A stretch of DNA of 63,957 bases, filler included, from Octopus bimaculoides (GCF_001194135.2; 10 parts of 7 records of this genome joined end to end with filler, not necessarily neighbours in it); one strand, 5' to 3'. Counted from the whole stretch's first letter, positions 1-12,449 are shown. The notes: generated by a model not told the origin, from the sequence alone. A program made the numbers and translations.

Positions 1-441
1 GCGGAGGTAGTTAGAGAGTTGGAGGGGGGTTGATGGAAAGAGAGATGTCGAGGAAGTTAACAGAGGTGTTAGAGATGGTAGAAGTAAAGTCAAGAGCAGG
101 GTGGAAGCTAGAGAGGAAGGAGATGAAAAGGCAGAGCTGTTCGCGGGAGAGGGAAGTGGCTCCTATACAGTCATCTATGTAGCGACCGTATAGTTCCGGG
201 GTCGGACCGGAGAATTGGGAGAATACTTGGGCCTCAATGTAACCAACAAAGAGGTTGGCGTAACTGGGTCCCATTCTCGTTCCCATCGCGACCCCAGAGA
301 CTGTTGGTAGGTATCTCTGGCGAACGTGAAGCAGTTGAGGGTGAGGACGAGTTCTGCCAGACGAAGCAGGGTAGGGGTGCTAGGTGTGGGGTCAGGGCGG
401 CGGTCAAGGAAGTATTGGAGGGCTGAGAGACCATCGTTGTG
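1..441 (-). mobile_element. Penelope-like retroelement RT fragment (frameshifted, 5'-truncated against a (TA)n tract; runs off the window edge)
   Basis: The joined ORFs 175..465 and 11..286 read HNDGLSALQYFL...LAELVLTLNCFTF...TYQQ/GVAMGTRMGPSYANLFVG...YGRYIDD...FHPALDFT...VNFLDI, which are the PLE RT motifs. There is a 1-bp frameshift near 295. The segment is GC-rich relative to its flanks. Confidence 0.9.
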
Positions 442-678
442 ATATATATATATAAATATATACATATAAAAATGTAGATATGTGTGTATATAAACATTAT
501 TATTTGCCTAATGTGTATATATGTATAAATATATATTCATTATATAAATATGATCATATGCACACACGCACATATACACTCACAAACATGTTTATATACA
601 CAGTATGCATTTATTTATATATATGTATCCATACTTATATGTACATACGAATATACACACATATATGAATATTTATGC

Positions 679-717
<39 letters not shown>

Positions 718-867
718 GAATGAATAACAGACGATGGGTAATTGTACGCAACCAGAATATCCTATTTGATATTCATCAACTATAGGTGTTGACCACAAGT
801 TTATGAAGCCCTACCTGGTGCATATCTTTTCAAATGCCCGATTCTGTCTGAATCCTTATTGTTGTTG

Positions 868-901
<34 letters not shown>

Positions 902-902
<1 letters not shown>

Positions 903-1631
903 TGTTTGGCTTTTGCTAAGTATTTGTACAAGTTGACTTCAAGTTTCACTCAAAGACCTCAAGAGACAAGCTGCAAGTTCAAATTGGTGTTATGAGTAGG
1001 GTGCCATATGTTTGATTTTGCACAAAATATTGTTCTAGAGAATGCTTAAGAAAACATAAGGATATTAATTTCCATTACAGTTTGAGACTACATAGACAGT
1101 ATTTTACGTAGGATATGGGCAGTTCTCATGAGCATTATTTTTTGAATTTCTGCCATTTTTGGATTTCCTGGTTTCTGAGTTAGGTTGCAATCAACCCATT
1201 TTGCTATCATTCCCAATGCACCTATGACAACAGGTATTGTTTTAGTCTTGAGGTTCTACATTTTGCCAATTTCTATTTCAAGATCTTTATAATTGCTCAG
1301 TTTTTTGGTAGGTCTTGACAGATACATTTATGTCAATTGGGACAGTTATATCGATGAGGTGGTATGATTTTTGTCTGAAGTCCTTCAATATGATGTCTGG
1401 CCAATTTACACCTATCTTTCTGTCAGTTTGAACGGTGAAGTTCTAGAGGAGTGAGATGTAGTCATTTACAAGCACTGGCGGTGGTTTGTATTCCTACCAG
1501 CTTTTATCAAGGGACAAGTCCAAGTTTTTGCAAATTACCCAGCAAATATACTCTGATGTTCTATCATGGCAGTTGAGATACTCAGTAGGCGCAAGAAGAC
1601 TGCACATGGAGACAACAGGATCGATGGTCTC
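902..1631 (-). mobile_element. 3' end of an R4/Dong-type REL LINE inserted in a (TAA)n microsatellite
   Basis: Minus-strand translation gives ETIDPVVSMC (CCHC remnant), NFTVQTDRKIGVNWPDIILKD (PD..D REL nuclease) and KTKTIPVVIGALGMIAK, then a 3' UTR. (TTA)n flanks it at about 870-901 and 1632-1650. Confidence 0.85.
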
Positions 1632-2091
1632 ATTATTATTATATTATTATATATGCGAACACGAGGGCGTTCAATTTTTCTGATTTAGAGCAATACACAC
1701 ATATCTGCCAATCTCTCTCTCTTTCTCGCCCTATCTTTCTGCCTAATTGTCTATCTGTCTGTTTAATTGTCTATCTATTTGTTTGTCTAATTTTCTATCT
1801 ATCTACATATATACATTCATATATACATATTTACCTGCATACATACTTACACACACACACGCACACATACATTGTGCCAGTATGTTTCTACATATGCAGA
1901 CATATGTAAGAATGTGTGGTGTGTGTATCCATGCGTGCCTGTATGTGTGTTTAAATAAATCTATTATGACTACTATTTCGATTTAGTATATATCGTTATC
2001 GATTATACGTGCATTTATGTCGATATGTTATATATTATTTCTCTTAGTTTGTTGTACGCCTGTCTATGTCTGTACTAATGCCTGTGCCTGT

Positions 2092-2127
<36 letters not shown>

Positions 2128-2964
2128 CGCGCGCGCTTGTGAGCATGAGTTTGCGCGCGTAGCTGTTTGCCTGATTTTGCATTGTGTAAATGCTTGTGAA
2201 AATGCGTTTATGTATTAAGTTTTGGCTAGAATACGAGTAGTGTTTTGTTAACAATCCACTGCCAAGTACGACTTATTCGTTGCCAAAGAAACGTGTTGGC
2301 AGCAAGACGGATTATAAAGATAGTGCCTGGATTTTAACATCATACAATCAGACTGAGGTGTTAAGCTCTTCTTTCTCATAACCGTGCTCCGACTAACTCT
2401 TCGTTTTCTGCTTTTGTTTCTCCTTTTCGTACATGTGAATAGTTTACACGGCTGTGTTGTAAGAGGTTTATTTCCTAACTATATGGTTTGTAGTTTAGTC
2501 CTACTGCATGGCACCCTAAGTAAGTGTCTTCTGTTATATATTGAACTGAATGGAGAAAAAAACAGAATGGTGCTTAGCGTTACATTAAATAAGTTCCAAA
2601 ATTTAAACAGAAATACAACAGAGGAACAGGGCTCGATTGGCGGGATTATTAGAGTTTCAGATAGGAAGGTTTGGAGAGTCTGTACCTACTCTCTGAGTTT
2701 TTGACAACAACGCCTGCGATAACACAAAAACAAAGCTGATTCAGTAAAAAAAGATGGCGGGCTTTTCCTTGAGCAACATCAGTAGTATAAAGCTAGATTT
2801 GCATGCATGAACAACTTTCAACTATCTGTAAAATGTTGTTCAAGCCTACACATACAAGTGAAAATATATGGTCAATTTTCACTGAGGAAGACCCTAAATA
2901 TGCATTTTACTACACGCACAAGGCTTGACGTTTTATGAAAAATGGACAATCAATTACATAGGCC

Positions 2965-3110
2965 CAACTGCTCAACTGGTATTTATTTACTCGACCCCGA
3001 AAGGATGAAAGGAAAAGTTGACGGTGGCATTTGAACTCAGAACGTAAAGCCAGAAGAAATGTAGCAAAGCATTTCGTTCAGTACGCTAACGATTCTGTCA
3101 GTTCGCTGCC
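2965..3110 (-). mobile_element. SINE family C copy (tRNA-like head GGCAGCGAGCTGGCAGAATCGTTAGC; central CTTTCATCCTTTCGGGGTCGATAAA domain)
   Basis: Reverse-complement similarity to the copies at 3155, 32277 and 36200. Confidence 0.8.
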
Positions 3111-3154
3111 ATAAAAGAAACCCCAGCTCCTAAATATAACAACATTGTCACGGC

Positions 3155-3573
3155 AGTAAGGCAGCGAGCTGGTAGAAACGTCAGCACGTCGAGCGAAATG
3201 CTTAGCGGTATTTCGTCTGTCTTTACGTTCTGAGTTCAAATTCCGCCGAGGTCGACTTTGTCTTTCATCTCTTCGGGGTCGATAAATTAGGCACCGGTTA
3301 CGCACTGGGGTCGATCTAATCGACTTAATCTCCTTGTTTGTGCTCTCTATGTTTAGCCCCTTGTGGGCAATAAAGAAATAAGAAACGTTAGCACGCCGGG
3401 CGAAATGCTTAGTATTTCGTCTGTCTTTACGTTCTGAGTTCAAATTGCGCTGAGGTCGACTTTGTCTTTCATCCTTTCGGGATCGATAAATTCAGTACCA
3501 GTTGCGTACTGGGGTAGGTCTAATCGACTGGCCCCAAAATTTTGGTTCTTGTTCCTAGAGTAGAAAACAATAT
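3155..3573 (+). mobile_element. SINE family C composite: full monomer with tail X joined at about 3384 to a head-truncated monomer with tail Y
   Basis: Two tandem copies of the body carry the B-box-like GAGTTCAAAT. The junction is ...AATAAAGAAATAAGAA|ACGTTAGCACG. Confidence 0.9.
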
Positions 3574-3583
3574 TGGTAGGTAT

Positions 3584-4020
3584 GGCACAGATACGGCAGT
3601 GTGGTTAACAAGCTCGCTTTGCAACCACGTAAGTTCGGGTTCAGTCCTGCTGCGCGGCAACTTGGACAAATGTCTTTTACTATTGCCCCAAGCCGATTAA
3701 TGTCTTGTGAGTAAATTTGGTAGAAAAAAAACATTATGTGAATGTCTGTGGTATGTGTAAGTGCGTGTACGCGCGCGCGTGTGTGTGTGTATGGTGTTTT
3801 GTGCTTGTCCCCACCCCATCAAGCTTCGCTTGGTAGCCGGTTCAGGTTTGTTTGCATCACCGTGACCTAGTGGTTAAAAAAAAAACAAAAAAAGAACAAG
3901 ACCGATAGAACAAGCAGCAGATTTTTAAAATTATGTACTGGAGTCGATTTGTTCGACTTAACCTTTCAATACAGTGCCCCAGCATGGACACGGTCCAAAG
4001 ACTGAAACAAAAGAAAAGAT
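3584..4020 (+). mobile_element. SINE family A copy (degraded; internal CG/TG microsatellite)
   Basis: Colinear with the 35531-35960 and 43655-44038 copies: head GTGTGGTTAA..GGGTTCAGTCC, CORE-like CTTGG(G)CAAGTGTCTT, tail CCAGCATGG..ACTGAAACAA. Confidence 0.8.
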
Positions 4021-4049
4021 AGAATAAAAACCTTTTTAACTAGTTTTAT

Positions 4050-4180
4050 TGTGTCTGGGGAGTCATACTCTTTTAGTGCCATATTAATTTAATACACTCC
4101 CCGGTTCGATTTCCGCACATTTACTTATTTATTTTTACTAAAATTTTCGTTGCATCTGGCAACCTCTTCAATAGCCGTTC
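4050..4180 (+). repeat. Unclassified dispersed repeat, family shared with 32330-32460
   Basis: Both loci read TGTGTCTGGGGA(GA)GTC...ACACTCCCCGGTTC.ATTTCCGC.CATTTA...ATTTTCGTTGC...GCAACCT. Confidence 0.7.
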
Positions 4181-4644
4181 TTTTTTTTTGTTTGTTCGTT
4201 TGTTTGTGTGCATGCGTATGCGTCAGTGTGCATTAAAAACTGTATTTTTAAAAATTTTTTTTCTGTAATTTTTGATGGATCGAAAAGGTTGCTTAGCTTC
4301 GGTTACATGTAAAGACATACTTATCTTGCGATAATTAAATATAAAAAAAAAAAAATTACGTCGATGTTTGACAGAATTTGTTGAGAAGTAAAGAAAGTGT
4401 CAATGGTATTCCATTATCTAATTACGTCTGTTTGTCGGAATTCAATTCCACTGAATATCGATTCACTGATGATTCTTCCAGGATTGATAAAATTACATCG
4501 TGTCGACTTAAGCATCTATGTCCTCAACCACTAGGCCACAGACTAGTACCAGGCTGTGAATCATTTGGTGCCGGCCACACAGCAAGAAGAAATTTTAAAA
4601 TTTTATTTCTATTTTATTTACTATTGCAGTCAGTAGTAGAGTGA

Positions 4645-4900
4645 GGGTGCGTGGCTTAGAAGTTAGGATAATCGACTAACGATCATAACGTCATAAGTTC
4701 GATTTCCAGCAGCACGTTGTGTCCTTGAACAAGACACTTTATTGCACTCTGTTCCAGTCCACTCAGCTGGCAAAAATGAGTTGTACCTCTAATTCAAAGG
4801 ACCAGCATTGTTACATTCTGTGTCATGTGAAATTTCCCTGAGAGCTACATTAAGGGAAAATGTGTCTGTGAAAGCCTTGTGGTCGTAACCGAAAGAGGGC
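4645..4900 (+). mobile_element. SINE family B copy with internal deletion
   Basis: Matches 34368-34690 (GTTGTGTCCTTGA.CAAGACACTTTA...CCAGTCCACT.AGCTGGCAAAAATG). It lacks about 60 bp before GTCGTAACCGA. Confidence 0.8.
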
Positions 4901-5809
4901 TTTCAATGAACCAGGCATCTTCTGCAGATCTCTTTGTTATTTTATGAATCGCTTAGATTTAAAAAAAAAGAGAGAAATGAAAAGAACAACTCTCCATTCT
5001 TATTAAGCAATTGTGTACCTACTTTTGCCTACTCNNNNNNNNNNCGGATTCCGGAGTACCGTGGAAATTATGTATAAATATATCAAATTAAAAATTCTAC
5101 GAGGTATATTACAATGCAAAATACCAAACGGAACCTCACCTCTTATATCTCATCTTTCTTCCTCCTTTAACGTCTATGTGATATAATTCTTGGGAGAGAA
5201 TACATTTGCGACTGAAGATAGCTTTATACTGTCAATTATACACTGATGTAACAAGTATACAGCTTGAAACACGTGTACCGCAGAATCTTTTGTTTTTTGT
5301 TTTTATCTTTGCATTTACAATTTATATATATATATATACATACACACAAATATACATATATACGTACATGTGTGTATGTGTGTGTGTGTACGTAATAATT
5401 AAATTATATGTAACTAGCTGAAAGACCGCTCTCCGGGCGGTTTTCTGCTAGCTCCTTGGTAATATTTTCACATTTGACTCCCAATTCTAATAATTTTTAT
5501 ATTTTACGTCTAATTATTTCTTTGTATAATAGTGCTCACTTGCTTAGTAAGTATTGCTTTCATTATTTTATCACAGAGATAATCTCTCTTTTTTTAAATA
5601 AACACCACGGTTGTTCAACAACAGAGGGAGGAGCAGTTTGTCAAATTTTACCTTCCCCTCAAAGCAACATAGAGATTTCATTTCAGCAGCCCATCTGTAA
5701 TCGTTGCAGTGAGTGTGTGTGAGAGAAAGGAACATTGCAAACAATGAATCAAATAGACGTGAAATGAAAAATCGTAGAAATAAAAGGGCATTAACTACAG
5801 ATGTATACG

Positions 5810-5872
5810 GTTAGTTTTAGGGTTAGTTCTTAGGGTTAAGGTTAGGCCTAGTTTTAGGGTTAGTTAGGGTTA
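5810..5872 (+). repeat. Degenerate interstitial telomere-like (TTAGGG) repeats
   Basis: GGTTAGTTTTAGGGTTAGTTCTTAGGGTTAAGGTTAGGCCTAGTTTTAGGGTTAGTTAGGGTTAA. Confidence 0.75.
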
Positions 5873-6038
5873 AAGTGTCATTACACGTCCACACAGTGTA
5901 CATTTAAAATATCTTGTACGTAACACCTGTATTTAAGTAGTACCGTTAAGGGACCTCTCTATTTAAGTAGAACCAGTTTCACTTCAACATCAAAATTTCA
6001 TTTGCGTCAAAATGTTTTCTTCGCTTTGAAACCGCGAT

Positions 6039-6098
6039 CTGTTCACTGACAAAACTTCGCATAAAAGTAATGCAGCACGAAGTTTTGTCAGTGAACAG
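6039..6098. repeat. Inverted repeat with perfect 21-bp arms
   Basis: CTGTTCACTGACAAAACTTCG (6039-6059) pairs with CGAAGTTTTGTCAGTGAACAG (6078-6098). Confidence 0.95.
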
Positions 6099-6419
6099 TG
6101 TTATGCATACCTATAAGATAATGAAGGGTGAGAACTTACCCTATATTTTCCGAAGGTGGCGAGATAAACGTTTGTGAACGACTGTTTCGCAGAAATGAAA
6201 TGAAATTTTTATTATGATCACTACGGATCTAATTTACATAGATGATACAAAGACAAATACAAACAAATGTACAAAATGTATGAGTTCTTTTAAAAAATTT
6301 TTTACGATGTTTTTATAAAATTAAAAAAACGATGACTTTGAATATCCAGACATACATATGCATGCATACCCACACACATCTATATAAATATATATATATA
6401 TACACATACATACATACAT

Positions 6420-6452
<33 letters not shown>

Positions 6453-6561
6453 TACCCATACNNNNNNNNNNNNNNNNNNNNNNNNNNNNNNNNNNNNNNN
6501 NNNNNTTAATTAATTAANNNNNNNNNNNNNNNNNNNNNNNNNNNNNNNNNNNNNNNNNNNN

Positions 6562-6614
<53 letters not shown>

Positions 6615-8336
6615 TTCCTACATTAAGAGAAACAGTGTACCATATCAGGTGTGTTCCTTCTTTATTGGCATGAAGTATCGTTTTCTGAAGCGACTTCTGA
6701 GTGATTTTTTTTTTATGATTTCGAATTGTATTCTCAAAATGATAAGATTGAAGATTGAACCTATGTATATTTTAGAACATTCGAAAGAAATTTTGAGTAT
6801 GACTACAACATATTTATATTCCCCTTCTTACATTTAGAAATAAGCGTTGAGTAAGACACTAACACACAAGTGAATTGCTGTAAACATAAATTCCTTTTAT
6901 ATATAATTTTTTAATGATTCTAATGCAATCGTATTCAAATGAAGTTGGGGAAATTATATGCCAAAATTATGAAAATTCGTTTTCAGATTTCTTTTGTTTT
7001 AAAGTCTTAAAATGAAAATCAATGTATGTTATGACATAAAACGCTTATGGGTCCATACGATTCAGTTATGCAACATTATGTCGGAGAACTGAGTCACAGT
7101 CGGTACTTTTTATTCACTATATTATTATTAACTCTAGAATTATTCAACCTCTACAGTTGACTCTTCATGGCTTGGTAAACTACTAGAATATCTTTGTAGA
7201 TGTAAAAATGAAATCAACTCTTTTGATTAATTTGATATATTATATAAAATGTACGCTTCAATCCAGTCAAACATATTAGCTTATCGAGGAAATAACCTGT
7301 ATGATTAATTGGCACAGAGTGAAACACATGTTTAGCGACTTCTGAAATTTCACTTTCAAGTTTATAATGTTATTTGTCAATACATAAGAAGAACTCATAT
7401 ACTTTCTTTTTTTTTTTTTTCTAGAGAAAAATTACGATCCTGTTCACAACCAGATTCAATGCTAAGTTCATAACCAAAGAATTAACATTATGCAATGTGA
7501 AAGACAGACTATATATATATATATATATGGAATATAAAGCTGTTATTATAAAAGTCAATACCAAATCAATTAAGAAAATGACGATGACGAGAGCGACGGC
7601 GGCGACGATGATGATGATGACGACGACGACAATGACGACGACGATGATGATGATGAAGATGAAATATGAGGAGGATGATGGCTATGACGATGACGACGAC
7701 GACGACGACAAAATTGCTATACTTCAAATAAAAAACTGTGACAAGATATTTACTTTTAACGTTGCTGCTGAAGTAGTTGAAGTGTTAATGGTGGTATGGT
7801 GGCTATGGAAATGTTACTGGTTTTAGTTTTAAAAAAGAAACATTCATTCTGAATGAATTTGTTGGAATTTTTCTTAGAAGAAATGGCTTCTGCATTTTAT
7901 AAGACTGTTGTTTATGTTACCACAGACATTCAATTTTGCTAATGCTTCCAGACATATACGGCACCAAAAGTTGACTACAACTTCAGAAATGTAATCAATA
8001 ATAACAGAGAATCAATCAACAAGCTGTAATGCAATTTATTAATAAACACTTTTTAGCAGCAATAACAGTATGAAACATTTCAACAATAAATTAAAAATAT
8101 TATATGAAGATTCTTAAATCGAGAGTAATGTTATTCCATATGTATTGGGGGCGGGTGCATGTGTGCGTGTACAAAATGAGAGACAATAGAAAAGCTAGAC
8201 TGACAATGAGGCAGAGATAGACACTGTGGCATAAGGGTGTATATGTATAAATAGATAGATAAGATATACATATATATATTCACATACACACACACACATA
8301 CACACACGCATATATATATATATATATATATATACT

Positions 8337-8367
<31 letters not shown>

Positions 8368-9769
8368 ACTGATAGTTAAAGGGTAAAGAAGCTGAGAATG
8401 AAAGAGATTTATGTATATTAACGTTATTGATAACCAAACAAATATCTGAATTAATACTATTATTTCGCAATTTTTACAAGATGAAATTAAATTAATAAAA
8501 ATCTAAAAAAGAATCCATATTATATATATATATACAACAGTATACATACATATATATATATATATATATATGTATATAACATATATATAAAAGCTTATAT
8601 ATATATTTATATAAATGTATGTATATATATATATATATGTATATATACGTATAAGTACATATAAATATACATACATATTTACATAAATACAAATATATAT
8701 TTATATATGTATATATGTATATATATATATCCATACATACATACATACATAAATACATATATATATGTATATGTGTGTGTGTGCGTGTGTGTGTGTGTTT
8801 TGTAGATGTATATATAATCTCTAATGTCTGTATTGAGTGCATTTTCCATCATTAATATGTACAAGCATTTCCATATATGCGTATGTGTTTGTGTCTCTGT
8901 GTGTGTGTATAAGTGAGTATGTGCCTATGTACATATACTTATGTACAAATATACTTATATATGTATCTAAATATTATATGATTTACTGCAAGTAACGTTA
9001 TTCATATTCAATTTGTGCTTTGGACAAAATAGAAAACTAATTTGGTTTTGAATCTTGAAGCTTTTCAAGAGACACACAATCTGTCTGTTTTCTCTGCGCA
9101 AGTTGGAAATAAAGCAGTGCCACTCTGTCTGGGATGATAACTAAATATCATTTGTAATGTTTATATTGAAGAGTTCAATACCTAAAGGTCCTAATATTTC
9201 TCTCCATGAAAAGTTCGATGCGACGGAAGGATAACAATTGTATTTCAAGTTGCTGAAATGAAACAAAAGATTGCATCTACAAAAAAAGAAAAAAAGAAAG
9301 AAATAGATGAAATAAAAATATCTTTATTGCTTTATTTTTGGTGAAAGTTGAATAATTTCTGTTTATTTTTCTCTTTCTTCTTTCTATTAATTCTTATGGT
9401 TCAGTGCATGCGTGGATCAATAGAACATTGTGTAAACTTGCAGAGCGCTAAAAGCTTGGCACCAATCATAAGGCCTTCTGGGAGAAAGAAGATGGCTTCC
9501 CAAAATGTGAATTAGAAAATAATACATAAGAAGGATGCTAGAATTAATGAGGTAACAAGGGACATAATTATCAACGTAGAAATTTGGTATCTTAATAAAA
9601 TTTTCATCAAATGATGGTGTCAATACAAAAAGTATTTTTAATTAATTTTTTTACGTTGGTAGTTAGGAAAGTATGAATATATTACTTTAAATTATTTTAG
9701 TGTGGTGGGGAGATAGATAAAACTGTTGAAATTGAGTGGGATATCGAAGAAAATATATCTGCAACAAAC

Positions 9770-9900
9770 AAAAGTGACAAATGAAATAGAAGAAATCAAC
9801 AGATATGCTGAAATAGCGAGGGAAATAAATTTACTTCAGATACACAAACTAACAAGAGTGGTTCGATAAAACATAATAGATCGTAATGATTAGCATTGCG
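9770..9900 (+). mobile_element. Possible highly decayed REL-LINE nuclease fragment
   Basis: EIEEINRYAEIAREINLL..TRVV resembles the EKxxKYxDLAREI...VVP pattern. Short and weak. Confidence 0.3.
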
Positions 9901-11207
9901 TTTTTTCATTTGCTTGCCTTTGATTGCAAAAAGGGAAATGCTAACCTCCACACGGAAGGTCTTTCATTTTATATCCTGAAGTGTTAAGATACGAAAATCA
10001 ATTCTCATTTTCAAATAGCATTAGTATCCCAACAAGTACCCTGTAATATTTTAGGACTTAACAGATATTTAGAGACATGTATATATATATATATTTTTTT
10101 ACTTTTTCTTGGGAATTTTTAATCAAAAGTATTCGAATACGACACCAAATCAGAGACCATCGGAAATATGTTTTGCTTCGTGATTTCCTCCATCCTTCCT
10201 ATCTTGTTTGCGCACCAAACAAGATAGCAGTTTCATCAAAATAAATCCAGGATAATATAAATCAGAGGTTAGAACTTTCTTGGAATCCAGATTCATAAAG
10301 TTTCTCCAATGTGCGAGACTGCTTTCAACCTCGTGACTCAATCAGTAACTGATGAGTATTAATCTATTGCGCCTTCTAACTAAATAGGGTTCTTACCTGG
10401 AAAACATGTTTCTCAATTTGATAACAAACATGCCTCTTTTATATACCACCATAACTATTGAATAATGCACAGGTCCACATTAGTGGAAGCCCAATCTATT
10501 TTAGATTGACTGCATTGGCAACAATTTCTTACCCTTCCTCTCACATATGTCTAAGCTAGTTTAGCAGTCAAGTAAAAACTTTTGCTAATTATACCCTTGC
10601 GCCTCAAGCAACCTATGCCTGTAAATCAATATGCCATACGTTTTCATACCTACACTTTCTATAACAGTAATAACAACAACACAAAAAGCAACCTGAAATA
10701 ATCGAAGAAGGATTATAAAATTTTCCTCCATCATCAAAACACTAGAAAGTTTCAAGATTGCAACAGACACTGGTGTGTATTGCATGTCTACATGTGTTCT
10801 TGTCTCCTAATGTATAGCGGAGTATTCTGGTACCGTACTTATAGAATCTTTTGCAACGTCAAAGAATTCTCTCAAACACTACAAATCCAGTTTCTTGATT
10901 CCCAAAAACAATATTCCGAAAGTCAAATCCACTTGATGTCCCGTTAATTTTAGAGCCAATTTCCGCCCTACACATTTATATCATATATGTCTTTCCATTA
11001 TTACCTACTCCAGCATTTCAGAGAAGTATAACATATTTTATTCTCGAGAAGAGTGATGAATTTGACATTGCAAACTACCGACTTATCAGCACCAGTTCCA
11101 GTATAGCGAGATCATAAAAAGCTGAGAAAAATAAATTATCTGAGTTGCATACCAATAATTACATTATTTACATTTGACGGATATTTGTCCTCATCTTGTT
11201 TATTGTT

Positions 11208-11253
11208 AACGCGACATTTCGGCTGATATACACTCCAGCCTTCATCAGGTGTC
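11208..11253 (-). ncRNA. Minimal type I hammerhead ribozyme motif in the PLE 3' pLTR
   Basis: Minus strand reads gacac-CTGATGA-a-ggctg(gagtgtatat)cagcc-GAAA-tg-T-C-gcgtt. It has a perfect 5-bp stem II and a GUC cleavage triplet, with one mismatch in stem I. Confidence 0.8.
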
Positions 11254-11378
11254 TTGGGGAAATTTCGAACCTGGGTTCTCATTCGTAAGGCATTTTCATT
11301 TTCGATGTTGTTGTTGTTGTTATTATTATTATTATTACGATTATCATCATTATTATTATTATTATTATTAATATCGTT

Positions 11379-11447
11379 AATGCCTGGAATTGAACTCGGA
11401 ATCTTGGGGTTAGTAGACCACGCCCATAACCATGACGCCATATGCCC
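11379..11447 (-). promoter_or_regulatory. tRNA-like segment with Pol III A and B boxes inside the PLE 3' region
   Basis: A-box-like TGGCGTCATGG (11440-11430, one mismatch), anticodon-like loop CT-ACT-AA and B box GTTCAATTC (11395-11387). Stem pairing is imperfect, so it is not a functional tRNA. Confidence 0.7.
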
Positions 11448-12285
11448 GTGGGCAATTATGGACTGAATTTTAGGGCATATAATCTAATATTTTCATATGT
11501 TCATATCTGCACTCGGTCTGCTTAAGAGGTTGTTGTGTCTTAGCATATATGCTGCTTCTTTTAGTTTTCATATTTTCCAGTGGTGTTCTCTATCGATTAT
11601 TTTAACTTCATCCTACAGGGGGAGGTGGTATCCATTTTTCCATACATGATCAGCTATACCCGATTTATCAATATCTCCTCGTGTCACAGCTCTGCGATGT
11701 TCGTCACACCTTATTTTGAAGGGGCGACATGTTTCGCCTTTGTATAACCTTCCACAGCTGCATGGGATGGAGTACGCGCAGTCTTTGGTTATATTCCCTT
11801 CTATTGGTGGTTTTAATCTAAGGAGATATTTGCGAAGTGTTGTATTACTCTTAAATACTGTCCTGATGTCATGTGGGCTGCATATCTTTTGTATCTTTTC
11901 GGAGAGGCCTTTCACATAGAGCAAACATACTGTGAACAGTTTCACCCTCACTTGTCTTCATAATTGGAGTGGATAGTATGTTTTGGGGGTAGTTGTTGCT
12001 TAATAGATTGTTATTGACCTTGACCATTTCTTCATGGTGTGTATCACGATCGCTACCTATATTCTGTGCTCAATGTTTTAGGCACTGAGCACACCCTCTC
12101 TTTACACTCTATGGATGGTGAGAGTTGAAGTTGAGGTATCATCCAGTGAAGGTCGGCTTGCGGTATACGGATGTCCTAAATCCATACTTGGTGCGTGCTA
12201 TTAATACGTCCAGGAATGCTAGCTGATTGTCTTTTTCCTTTTCCATTGTGAACTGTATGGATGGCTTTATTGGGTTCACATGATC

Positions 12286-12348
<63 letters not shown>

Positions 12349-12403
12349 TGATAACATCTAAGAATACCTTAGGAATGAGAATCTAGGTTCGAAATTTCCC
12401 CAA

Positions 12404-12449
12404 GGCACCTGATGAAGACTGGAGGGTATATCAGCCGAAACGTTGTGTT
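12404..12449 (+). ncRNA. Minimal type I hammerhead ribozyme motif in the inverted pLTR
   Basis: ggcac-CTGATGA-a-gactg(gagggtatat)cagcc-GAAA-CG-T-T-gtgtt, with the palindromic AACGTT stem III typical of PLE hammerheads. Confidence 0.85.

Larger units (their letters stand above)
5414..6330 (-). mobile_element. Candidate non-autonomous Helitron-like element (3' end at 5414; right boundary uncertain)
   Basis: The minus strand ends with the GC hairpin ACCGC-ccggaga-GCGGT, a 7-nt spacer and CTAG|T, which is the Helitron 3' signature. The body contains TTAGGG-like repeats and a 21-bp hairpin. Confidence 0.5.

Noticed and set aside
5810-5872. True telomere or chromosome fusion site
   Set aside because: Short, degenerate, single-orientation and embedded in an apparent mobile element.
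7497-7826. Poly-Met/Thr/Asp ORF
   Set aside because: It derives from a (GAT/GAC)n microsatellite.
11379-11447. Genuine tRNA gene
   Set aside because: The acceptor and T stems do not pair properly, and it lies within a PLE. SINE heads elsewhere in the window were rejected as tRNA genes for the same reason.
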